From Nitrososphaerota archaeon (lineage in GTDB: Archaea > Thermoproteota > Nitrososphaeria > Nitrososphaerales > Nitrosopumilaceae): 32,000 nt of DNA. Every line of letters starts with the position of its first letter. Positions within the stretch are counted from its first letter, which is position 1. Location of the stretch: contig JACZTB010000001.1 in the NCBI GenBank assembly GCA_022573895.1, positions 53,487 to 85,486 on the forward strand, written 5' to 3'. The position numbers and the translations under genes were made by a program. Positions 24,615-32,000 of the stretch are shown here, piece after piece. The notes below the pieces were generated by a model, which was not told the origin of the DNA, did not search any database, and worked only from the letters and a program-made list of their open reading frames with translations.

Positions 24615-25565
24615 GATCTTTTTAAAGTTATGAAAGCATTAAATAATCAAATTAATTTTTTTAAATTGGAAGTAACACCAACCTTGAGTGATTCATTAAA
24701 CATTGCCGTTATCATAAAACTAGAACCTGATTTTTCCGAAGGAAATGTTAGCTATAATCCAGATGGAACCCTAAATAGAGCTGAGACAAAAAATACTTTG
24801 GGTCCTCATAGCGGAATTGCAGCTCACGCAGCATTTTTTGGTAGAGTAATGTATGATGCAAAAGTATTCATTCTAACAATGGGGCCGCCAATTGCAGATC
24901 TTGCACTTCAGCAGGCTCAGCAAATCTCTGATGCAGAAGAACTTCATCTGTATAGTGACAGGCTATTTGCAGGAGCTGATACTTTAGGAACCGCGGAAGT
25001 GTTACGAGTTGGAATTGAAAAGATACAACAAAAAATGGATATTGTATTTTCAGGGCATCGAGCATCAGATGGTGAAACTGGACAAACAGGACCACAAACT
25101 GCCTGGAAATTGGGATTTACATTTCTTGGTAATGTAATTAGTTACAGTGTAGATTTAGAGACTAGAACAATTCGTGCAAAACGTCTGATTAGTTTACAGG
25201 GATCTCCTAATGTAGTTGAAGAAGTTGAAGCACCCTTACCAGTCTTTATCTCAATTGATCCTACCTACAAATCAAACTACAATGCCGTTTCTCAAAGATT
25301 AGCCTTTGAAAAATATCAAAAAGAAGCTATACAACGAGCACAAAATTTCAAAGATTATCTCAAAGTCTTTAATGCAAAAGAATTGGGTGTTGATGAAACT
25401 CTTGTCGGCCTTCCAGGTTCTCCAACAATTGTGTATAAAGTTGAGCGAGTACCCAAGTCTACAGCTACAAGACGAGCAGAAGTAATTGACGGCACTGATC
25501 CTGAACAAATTCGTAAAGTTGTTACAAAAATGAAAGAAGCACTATCAGCTATGGTGATAAAATAA
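24609..25565 (+). CDS. etfB: electron transfer flavoprotein beta subunit (FixA-like)
   Basis: IAVIIKLEPD..., NTLGPHSGIAAHAA, ILTMGPP and LFAGADTLGTAEVL match EtfB. The true start may be the in-frame ATG at 24630, because the first codons lie inside repeat copy E. Confidence 0.85.
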   Translation: MVDLFKVMKALNNQINFFKLEVTPTLSDSLNIAVIIKLEPDFSEGNVSYNPDGTLNRAETKNTLGPHSGIAAHAAFFGRVMYDAKVFILTMGPPIADLALQQAQQISDAEELHLYSDRLFAGADTLGTAEVLRVGIEKIQQKMDIVFSGHRASDGETGQTGPQTAWKLGFTFLGNVISYSVDLETRTIRAKRLISLQGSPNVVEEVEAPLPVFISIDPTYKSNYNAVSQRLAFEKYQKEAIQRAQNFKDYLKVFNAKELGVDETLVGLPGSPTIVYKVERVPKSTATRRAEVIDGTDPEQIRKVVTKMKEALSAMVIK

Positions 25566-26746
25566 TGACAGAAAAATATCGACATCTATATGTAGTAATT
25601 GAACACGAAGATGGGGAATTTCTCCCAGTAAGTTTTGAAATGATTGGAGAAGCAAGACGATTATTAGATGACTTTAACTCAAAATATTCTTTAAATGAAA
25701 AAGTAGTTGCAGTAATTTTAGGACACAACATCAAAGATATCTCAAAGAAGTTAATTGAATACGGAGCTGATGTAGTAATCTTTGCTGATAATCCTGAGCT
25801 AAAGGACATAAGAAATACCATTTACACTAAAGTAATTTGTCAAATTGCTCAAGACACAAAATCACTAGGAGAAATACAGCCAGAATATGCCGGTGAAGTA
25901 AAAAAACCTAGGTACATGTTCTTTGCAGCAGACAGTATTGGAAGACATCTATCTTCAACTGTACTAGTAGAATTAGAATCAGGGTTGGCTTCAGACATCA
26001 ACCAGCTTGTAATTGAAGATATCGAGATGTCACATCAACAAAAAACTGGTGGAAAAAAAGAAACATATGAAAAAACCCTAAAAATGTATAGACCTGATTT
26101 TTCAGGATTTTTATGGACTACAATTCTGTGTCTTGATAATAAAAATCCCGCTTTTCAAAGAGATTATCATCCGCAATCCTGTAGTATAATTCCAGGAGTT
26201 TTTGAACCATTAAAGCCAGATTCTTCACGAGAAGGAAAAATTATAGAATTTACTCCAACTATTGATGAAAAAGATCTCAAAGTCAAGGTGTTAAGTCGCC
26301 AGATAATAAAAAGTGTAGTTGACTTTGATACTCCTAGAACTATAGTTAGTTTTGGTAGAGGAATAAAAGAAAATCCAGAACAAAACATTAGGCTTATAGA
26401 AAATTTAGCAAAGGAATTGAATGCAGAAATTGGAGTTACTTTACCAATCTCAAAAAAACCATACTCTGTTAATCAGGCATTAGATTCTAAATATATGATT
26501 CCAGACAGAGTGATCGGAACTAGCGGACACAAAACTAGCGCTATGCTGTATGTTGCTGTAGGAGTAAGTGGTGCAATGCAACATGTATGGGGAATGAAAG
26601 ATTCAGGCTTTGTTGTAGCTATTAATCCTGATGAGGATGCGCCAATAAAAGATGAATGTGATATTTTCATTAAAGGAAGAATGGAGGATGTAATTCCGTT
26701 ACTTATTGAAGAAATTAAAAAACAAATACAAATTGTTGAGGCATGA
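25565..26746 (+). CDS. etfA: electron transfer flavoprotein alpha subunit (FixB-like)
   Basis: The C-terminal FAD domain VIGTSGHKTSAMLYVAVGVSGAMQHVWGMKDSGFVVAINPDEDAPI is diagnostic. The ATG overlaps the etfB stop (TAATG). Confidence 0.85.
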   Translation: MTEKYRHLYVVIEHEDGEFLPVSFEMIGEARRLLDDFNSKYSLNEKVVAVILGHNIKDISKKLIEYGADVVIFADNPELKDIRNTIYTKVICQIAQDTKSLGEIQPEYAGEVKKPRYMFFAADSIGRHLSSTVLVELESGLASDINQLVIEDIEMSHQQKTGGKKETYEKTLKMYRPDFSGFLWTTILCLDNKNPAFQRDYHPQSCSIIPGVFEPLKPDSSREGKIIEFTPTIDEKDLKVKVLSRQIIKSVVDFDTPRTIVSFGRGIKENPEQNIRLIENLAKELNAEIGVTLPISKKPYSVNQALDSKYMIPDRVIGTSGHKTSAMLYVAVGVSGAMQHVWGMKDSGFVVAINPDEDAPIKDECDIFIKGRMEDVIPLLIEEIKKQIQIVEA

Positions 26747-26752
26747 AAAGTT

Positions 26753-28624
26753 TTGGAAAAATATGACGTAGCAGTAATTGGTGGTGGCTCTGCTGGGTTA
26801 GCTGCACTAAAACAACTATCAAATCTTGGAAAACAAGCAATACTCATAGAGGCAGGCTCTAAAATTGGCTCAAAGAATCTATCTGGTGGAATTCTTTATT
26901 CTAAAAAACCCAAAAAAGGTCAAGTAACAAATGTTGAGCAAGTATACGAAAATTTCCTTGATGATGCACCACTTGAAAGAAAAATTACAAAATACATTCT
27001 TCATTCAACATCAAAAGACAAAGTCTATTCAATGGATCTTACTGCAGCACATGACTATCAGGCAAATTTCGGATATTCCGTTCTTATGAATAAACTAAAT
27101 TCTTGGTTTGCGAAACAGGCACAAGAGAGTGCTGAAAAACTGGGTGGTGGAATAATTCCTGGGGTTCATGTAAAATCAATCTCATGGAATGAACAGACTG
27201 GAACCACAATCATACAAACTGATGAGCTAGATGAGTTTGAAGTAAAGGCAGTAATTGCAGCTGATGGAGTAAACTCAGAAATTGCAGAGATGGTTGGTGC
27301 TAGAAAAAAATTCACAACTGAACAGCTATACCAAGGAGTTAAAGTCATAGTAAAATTACCTGAAGAAATCATTGACGAAAGATTTGGCATATCATCTGAT
27401 GAAGGTGCTGCACATCTTTTTGCTGGCGATATTACTCTAAATCATATTGGCGGTGGATTTCTGTATACTAATCGTGATACACTTTCAGTAGGAGCTGTCT
27501 ATCACCTTGATTCACTAATAAGAAATCCAGCAGAACCATACACACTGATTGATACTTTACTGAAAAATCCAATGGTTAGTGAATTTATCAAAGATAAAGT
27601 CCCAATTAGACCAGACATTGATAAGAATCTTTCACAAGAAGAAAAACTTCGAATTCGTTTTGGTGTAGCAAAATTAATTAAAACTTGGTATGAGATTCGA
27701 GAAGCAAACTTTTCTTCTAGTGGTCGAGCTAGGTTAATTGAATCTGGCAAATACAAAGACGCAGAAGAAATTCAATCAACATTGTTATCCATTCAAGAGA
27801 CAATGTCTGACAAATTTGGCGTTACATTTGGAACCGATTACCTTGAAGATGAATACGGCGCAAAATTAGTTCCAGACGGAAAAAGATGTAGAGTGAAAAA
27901 ACCATTCTTTAAGAATATCTTATTTGTTGGAGATGCAGCAGGCAGAGGAGTTTTTCTTGGTCCAAGAATTGAAGGCATCAATGTAGGTATAGATGACGGA
28001 GTACGTGCAGCAAATGCAGTAGCAAGAGCTCTTGATAAGAATGATTTCTCTAATTCTCTTGGTGAATTTTATTCAAAATCAGTAGAACATAGTCCATATA
28101 CTGTAGATATGAAACAAATAGACAAAGATTATCTAAAGATCTTTTTAGATGCAGCAAAAGATGTCCCCACGGATATCATTGGCGCTCGCTATGGTACAAT
28201 TCTAAAAATGATGTCTAGTGATACTTTTAGAGGCATTGCTGTAAAATTTGCAAACATTATTGGTTATGATAAACTCATACCAATGATAGAGTCTGAAGAA
28301 ACCTACGTTAAAGTACCAACAATACTTGCAGAAAAACTAGGAAAATCAATCTCTGCATCCTATTTGCCTACAATTCCACCTATAGCAGATAGAATTGCCA
28401 ATCTAAATTATAATGATGATAACCTTGCTCACATCAAGGTTCTAAATTCTAGTAGTGAGTTCATGAAAAAAATGGTAATCCTCTGTCCTTCAAAATGTTA
28501 CAGTGAAGAAGACGGAAAGGTGATTATTCAGCATGAAGGATGCATAGACTGTGGAACATGTTCACAAGAAACAGAGTGGCATCACCCTCGTGGCGAAAAA
28601 GGAATTCATTATAAATACGGTTAG
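26753..28624 (+). CDS. FixC-like ETF:quinone oxidoreductase fused to a FixX-like ferredoxin domain
   Basis: YDVAVIGGGSAGLAA FAD fold and FVGDAAG. The C-terminal ~90 aa, CPSKCYSEEDGKVIIQHEGCIDCGTCSQ...HPRGEKGIHYKYG, is the FixX pattern. 623 aa in total. Confidence 0.85.
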   Translation: MEKYDVAVIGGGSAGLAALKQLSNLGKQAILIEAGSKIGSKNLSGGILYSKKPKKGQVTNVEQVYENFLDDAPLERKITKYILHSTSKDKVYSMDLTAAHDYQANFGYSVLMNKLNSWFAKQAQESAEKLGGGIIPGVHVKSISWNEQTGTTIIQTDELDEFEVKAVIAADGVNSEIAEMVGARKKFTTEQLYQGVKVIVKLPEEIIDERFGISSDEGAAHLFAGDITLNHIGGGFLYTNRDTLSVGAVYHLDSLIRNPAEPYTLIDTLLKNPMVSEFIKDKVPIRPDIDKNLSQEEKLRIRFGVAKLIKTWYEIREANFSSSGRARLIESGKYKDAEEIQSTLLSIQETMSDKFGVTFGTDYLEDEYGAKLVPDGKRCRVKKPFFKNILFVGDAAGRGVFLGPRIEGINVGIDDGVRAANAVARALDKNDFSNSLGEFYSKSVEHSPYTVDMKQIDKDYLKIFLDAAKDVPTDIIGARYGTILKMMSSDTFRGIAVKFANIIGYDKLIPMIESEETYVKVPTILAEKLGKSISASYLPTIPPIADRIANLNYNDDNLAHIKVLNSSSEFMKKMVILCPSKCYSEEDGKVIIQHEGCIDCGTCSQETEWHHPRGEKGIHYKYG

Positions 28625-28628
28625 AAAT

Positions 28629-29306
28629 TTACACAGTAATTTTGATACTTTTTAGATCATCATACGCTTGTCTCATTTTATTGTAAAATTCATTCACAGT
28701 TGGAGGAAAAATTGAAAATGCTATGTAAAAGTCCTCAGCTTCTCTAAGATATCGCTTTATTTTTTCCTGCCTTGGAATTTGAGAGATAAACCTCATGTTG
28801 TTTAATCTATCTGAGAGCTTGATGATTTTTACATCATAATCGGCTTTTATAAGATCAGCACAATACTCAAAAAATCTTGCAGTTTGTTTTTCTTCGTCAT
28901 TGGCGCCAGAATAATTTTCTAAGGGTTTTGTTTTCAAAGTCATGGCTACGTTGTAAACATAATCTCCACATCTATGCTGAAAGTATGCATCAAATCCATA
29001 TGCTTTGGAAGCATACACATCTAAAATCTTGTCATTGTCTTCCATTACATCATGTAAAATAGATGAAACAATTTGTAGAGTTGTAAGTAGTTTACCTGTT
29101 TTTTTATAATGTCGCATTACATCGATTGTTACAGGCCAAACATGTGTTTCTAAAAATGATGATTTTTCATCTTCTCTTTTTACTCCAGAATGAACTTCTT
29201 CAGCTAGTTCTATGGCTCCTTCGACAAAACTATCTATTCTAATCTTAGCCTCGTTTTCAATGACATTCAATAGTTCTTCTTTGGTTGTAGAATGAATTTC
29301 CATCAT
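28629..29306 (-). CDS. HD-domain phosphohydrolase, RelA/SpoT-type (p)ppGpp-hydrolase-like
   Basis: EEVHSGVKRE...THVWPV...ILHDVMEDN fits the SpoT/Mesh1 HD pattern (H...HD...ED). C-terminal KLSDRLNNMR. Confidence 0.75.
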   Translation of the reverse strand: MMEIHSTTKEELLNVIENEAKIRIDSFVEGAIELAEEVHSGVKREDEKSSFLETHVWPVTIDVMRHYKKTGKLLTTLQIVSSILHDVMEDNDKILDVYASKAYGFDAYFQHRCGDYVYNVAMTLKTKPLENYSGANDEEKQTARFFEYCADLIKADYDVKIIKLSDRLNNMRFISQIPRQEKIKRYLREAEDFYIAFSIFPPTVNEFYNKMRQAYDDLKSIKITV

Positions 29307-29416
29307 TATAATACCACCCCATCATTCAAAAACATGATGATCACTTGGATTCAAATTGACATAAACTATAGATTTTTGAATGAAAAATACAAATTTAATA
29401 GTATTGTGAAATAATC

Positions 29417-30265
29417 ATGGAAAAAATTTGTTGGGCTAACACTGAAAATTTTGATGACGCAAAGTTTGTTATAGTTGGCATACCCGATGAATCACAATCA
29501 CATGCATTAAGAAAAGGAACCGAAGAAGCACCATTCAAAATTCGTCAAATCTCTAATCTACGTGACTCTTTTGAACGGGATGGAAAAATCTCTCTTGGAC
29601 GTCCTTTTCAAGGCTCTGAAAAAAAAGTTCATGATATGGGAAATATTAATCGATCTCAGATTGAAAATATCTTTGATAAAATTTCTGTATCTTCAAAAAT
29701 CCCTATCTCAATTGGAGGTGATCACTCCATTTCTCGACAAATAATTAATGCAATGGCAAAAAAACACGGAAAAATTTCTTTGGTATACTTTGACGCTCAT
29801 CCAGACTTTGTAAGTTCAACTACAAACTACTATGGATCTGTGATAAATGATGTACTTCCAAATATTGAAATTGACTCGAGCGTTGAAATAGGAATTAGAA
29901 CTCCAGAGCAAGAAGAATTGGATAATATTAAAAAATACAATCTAGATGTGATTACTCCTTTTGACATAAGAGAACGAGGAATCAAACAAGTAACAAATAC
30001 AGTACTACATAGATTGGGTGATATAGTGTATATTTCATTTGATATGGATTGTGTTGATCCTGCATATGCTCCAGGTGTTTCTGTTCCAGTCCCTATGGGT
30101 TTGAACAGTACCGATGCGATTTTTCTGTTGAAAGAAATATCAAAGAAAGGAATTATAGGCATGGATATTATGGAGGTCTGTCCAAGCTTTGATGTAAAAG
30201 ATAGGACATCTCATTTGGCTTCTAGAATAATTTCTGAAGTACTTTACTCATCAGGTAAAACATAA
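29417..30265 (+). CDS. speB: agmatinase / ureohydrolase family protein
   Basis: Mn-ligand motifs GGDHSIS, FDAHPD and SFDMDCVDPAYAPG. Confidence 0.85.
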   Translation: MEKICWANTENFDDAKFVIVGIPDESQSHALRKGTEEAPFKIRQISNLRDSFERDGKISLGRPFQGSEKKVHDMGNINRSQIENIFDKISVSSKIPISIGGDHSISRQIINAMAKKHGKISLVYFDAHPDFVSSTTNYYGSVINDVLPNIEIDSSVEIGIRTPEQEELDNIKKYNLDVITPFDIRERGIKQVTNTVLHRLGDIVYISFDMDCVDPAYAPGVSVPVPMGLNSTDAIFLLKEISKKGIIGMDIMEVCPSFDVKDRTSHLASRIISEVLYSSGKT

Positions 30266-30266
30266 C

Positions 30267-31838
30267 TTGTCTGAATTTGAAAATGAATACACATGGGGTA
30301 AGGTAATAGTTAGTAACTCTACTGATAAATTTCATGCAGATTTTGACAAGGCAATAGTCGAAGTACAAAAAGAGTTTGGAAAAAAATATCCCTTAATAAT
30401 TGACGGAAAAGAAATCTATTCTGATGATTGTTTTACGGTAAGTTCCCCTTCAGATACTCGAATTACTGTAGCAGAATTTCCAAAAGCATCTACAGACGAT
30501 ACAAAAAATGCTATATCTAGTGCAAAAAATGCATTTGAAGAGTGGAGTAACACTACGTATCAAAAGAGAGCTGAAATATTCAGAGATTGCGCCAATATTT
30601 TTTCCAGTAGAAAATTCTTTTTGGCAGCTATAATGACATTTGAGAATGGGAAGAATCGTATTGAATCAATAGGAGATATGGATGAAACCATTGACTTTAT
30701 GAGGTTTTATGCATTACAACTAGAAAAAAACGAGGGATTTTGTAAACAGACTTTTCACCCAAATCCTCATGAAAAAACGCAAACAATCATGAAACCTTAT
30801 GGTGTTTGGGGAATAATTGCTCCCTTTAACTTTCCTTCTGCAATTGCAATAGGGATGAGTACTGCTGCACTAATCACAGGAAATACTGTAGTTCTAAAAC
30901 CTGCAAGCAATACTCCATTATCGTCATTTCAGTTTGCAAAAATCTTGTATCCTGAACTGCCAGAAGGCGCAATAAATTTTGTAACAGGTTCTGGAAGTAT
31001 TGTAGGAAAAACTTTGATTGAAAGTTCAGACGTTGATGGCATAGCATTTACTGGTTCTCGTGAAGTGGGCATGAAAGGATTTCAAGAATTTACAAAATCT
31101 ACTTCAAAGCCTTTCATTTCTGAAATGGGAGGAAAAAATCCTGTAATTGTAACAAAATATGCTGATTTGGAAAAAGCATCTGATGGTGTAATGAATGCGG
31201 CTTTTGGGTTTGGAGGACAAAAGTGCAGTGCATGCTCTAGAGTATACGTTCAAAACAAAGTTGCAGATCAATTTATTTCAAAACTTGTTGAAAAAACAAA
31301 AAACTTGAAAATTGGAATGCCATGGAAAATGGGAGTATTTTTGGGTCCTGTGATCAACAAAGAAGCAAAAACAAAATTTGAAGATGCTGTAAACTTGGCA
31401 AAGAAAGATGGAGAAATTCTTACAGGAGGCTCAATATTAACCTCACCAGAATTTGAAAATGGTTACTTTGTAGAACCAACAATAGTTACACAATTACCTG
31501 AAGAACATAAACTTGTGAAAGAAGAATTATTCCTGCCGTTTTTATGCATTCAAAGATATGATAAATTTAGTGATGCAATTCAACTTGCAAATCAGACAGA
31601 ATATGGTCTAACTGCTGGTATTTTTAGTAATGATAAAAAACAGTTAGATGAGTTCTTTTCAAAAATTCAAGCTGGAGTTGTTTACACTAATCGCTTTGCC
31701 AGTGCAACTACTGCAGCCTTGGTTTCAAGTCAGCCCTTTGTTGGATGGAAAAATTCTGGTTCCACTGGAAAGGGGGCTGGCGGTGAAAACTATTTGCAAC
31801 AGTTTATGAGGACTCAAACTCAAACACGATGTGATTGA
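30267..31838 (+). CDS. aldehyde dehydrogenase, 1-pyrroline-5-carboxylate dehydrogenase-like
   Basis: 523 aa. FTGSREVG, EMGGKNPVIV and GQKCSACSRVYV (catalytic Cys). Adjacent to a proline dehydrogenase gene. Confidence 0.85.
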   Translation: MSEFENEYTWGKVIVSNSTDKFHADFDKAIVEVQKEFGKKYPLIIDGKEIYSDDCFTVSSPSDTRITVAEFPKASTDDTKNAISSAKNAFEEWSNTTYQKRAEIFRDCANIFSSRKFFLAAIMTFENGKNRIESIGDMDETIDFMRFYALQLEKNEGFCKQTFHPNPHEKTQTIMKPYGVWGIIAPFNFPSAIAIGMSTAALITGNTVVLKPASNTPLSSFQFAKILYPELPEGAINFVTGSGSIVGKTLIESSDVDGIAFTGSREVGMKGFQEFTKSTSKPFISEMGGKNPVIVTKYADLEKASDGVMNAAFGFGGQKCSACSRVYVQNKVADQFISKLVEKTKNLKIGMPWKMGVFLGPVINKEAKTKFEDAVNLAKKDGEILTGGSILTSPEFENGYFVEPTIVTQLPEEHKLVKEELFLPFLCIQRYDKFSDAIQLANQTEYGLTAGIFSNDKKQLDEFFSKIQAGVVYTNRFASATTAALVSSQPFVGWKNSGSTGKGAGGENYLQQFMRTQTQTRCD

Positions 31839-32000
31839 ATCAACGAACTTCCAAGTAACAGTATATTCCTTTTTCTTTCCTTGATTCGTCTAATTGAATA
31901 TGGTAACCAATTCACACCATATGGAATGTAATCTGAAACAACAAATTTCTTTTTAACTAAATCTGGCTTGAGTTCTTCTCTTAACCCTTTTAGAAATTGA
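31820..32000 (-). CDS. proline dehydrogenase, C-terminal end (gene runs off the window)
   Basis: Minus-strand frame from 31999 reads QFLKGLREELKPDLVKKKFVVSDYIPYGVNWLPYSIRRIKERKRNILLLGSSLIQSHRV*. YIPYG..W.PY..RR..ER..N is the PRODH C-terminal signature. It overlaps the P5CDH 3' end by 19 nt. Confidence 0.6.
   Translation of the reverse strand, partial: QFLKGLREELKPDLVKKKFVVSDYIPYGVNWLPYSIRRIKERKRNILLLGSSLIQSHRV

Noticed and set aside
1500-30162. Many 60-170-aa ORFs in the six-frame track lie antisense to, or out of frame within, strong genes. Examples: 1500-1802, 3238-3516, 3551-3757, 3836-4051, 4307-4597, 5723-5923, 6689-6883, 6793-7125, 7485-7721, 7878-8063, 8637-8837, 8777-9052, 9582-10097, 10128-10319, 10182-10394, 10872-11066, 12891-13127, 12929-13204, 14856-15113, 15550-15744, 16215-16487, 16638-16853, 16783-16971, 17832-18056, 20126-20425, 22091-22324, 24868-25095, 25299-25508, 25355-25585, 25549-25821, 26167-26388, 26473-26847, 27166-27390, 27502-27756, 28877-29062, 29562-29744, 29830-30162.
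   Set aside because: Each is fully or largely embedded in a CDS with clear family motifs on the other strand or frame. Their translations are low-complexity or Ser/Ile/Phe/Leu-rich shadow sequences with no motifs.
1-32000. CRISPR arrays, rRNA genes, transposases/IS elements, integrases and obvious defence or toxin-antitoxin modules.
   Set aside because: I found no regularly spaced short repeats, no rRNA-like GC-rich blocks, and no DDE, tyrosine- or serine-recombinase motifs in any listed ORF. The only nuclease is a secreted SNase-type enzyme.

Overview
Gene-dense, AT-rich archaeal chromosome segment. The style is TTG/GTG starts, very short leaders, and archaeal-type tRNAs with TATA-like boxes about 25-30 nt upstream. 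The content includes F420-linked enzymes and a heme-copper oxidase operon with a membrane-anchored tandem plastocyanin-like protein and no cytochrome c. Together these fit a marine ammonia-oxidising thaumarchaeon (Nitrosopumilus-like); this is an inference from gene content, not a database hit. I support about 48 CDS, including several short ORFs absent from the ORF track, plus 3 tRNAs (Arg-UCG, Lys-CUU, Val-UAC).

Main blocks:
- Housekeeping genes: mtnA, aminotransferases, ilvE, aspartate kinase, glycosyltransferases.
- Terminal oxidase cluster, 8.5-12.3 kb.
- An EtfB/EtfA/FixC-FixX-fusion operon, 24.6-28.6 kb.
- An HD hydrolase followed by agmatinase, P5C dehydrogenase and proline dehydrogenase, 28.6-32 kb.

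The most unusual region is 18.4-24.6 kb. Directly 3' of tRNA-Val lies a loosely packed accessory island of about 6 kb. It holds orphan or decayed genes: an HTH protein, glyoxalase, a frameshifted metzincin, an AKR, a CxxCxxCC protein, mini zinc ribbons, a P-loop fragment and a secreted nuclease. The island is punctuated by at least 6 same-orientation copies of a repeat that looks like AT-decayed pieces of tRNA-Val. The last copy sits on the etfB start.

Other points worth a second look:
- A DUF59-PqqD(RRE) fusion protein.
- An unannotated Cys/His-rich sORF hidden by an over-extended methyltransferase ORF.
- A GC-rich structured element with mutually exclusive helices downstream of aspartate kinase.
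- A 47-nt perfect repeat inside the tandem cupredoxin gene.
- A (p)ppGpp-hydrolase-like HD protein.

No CRISPR array, rRNA, transposase or integrase was seen.
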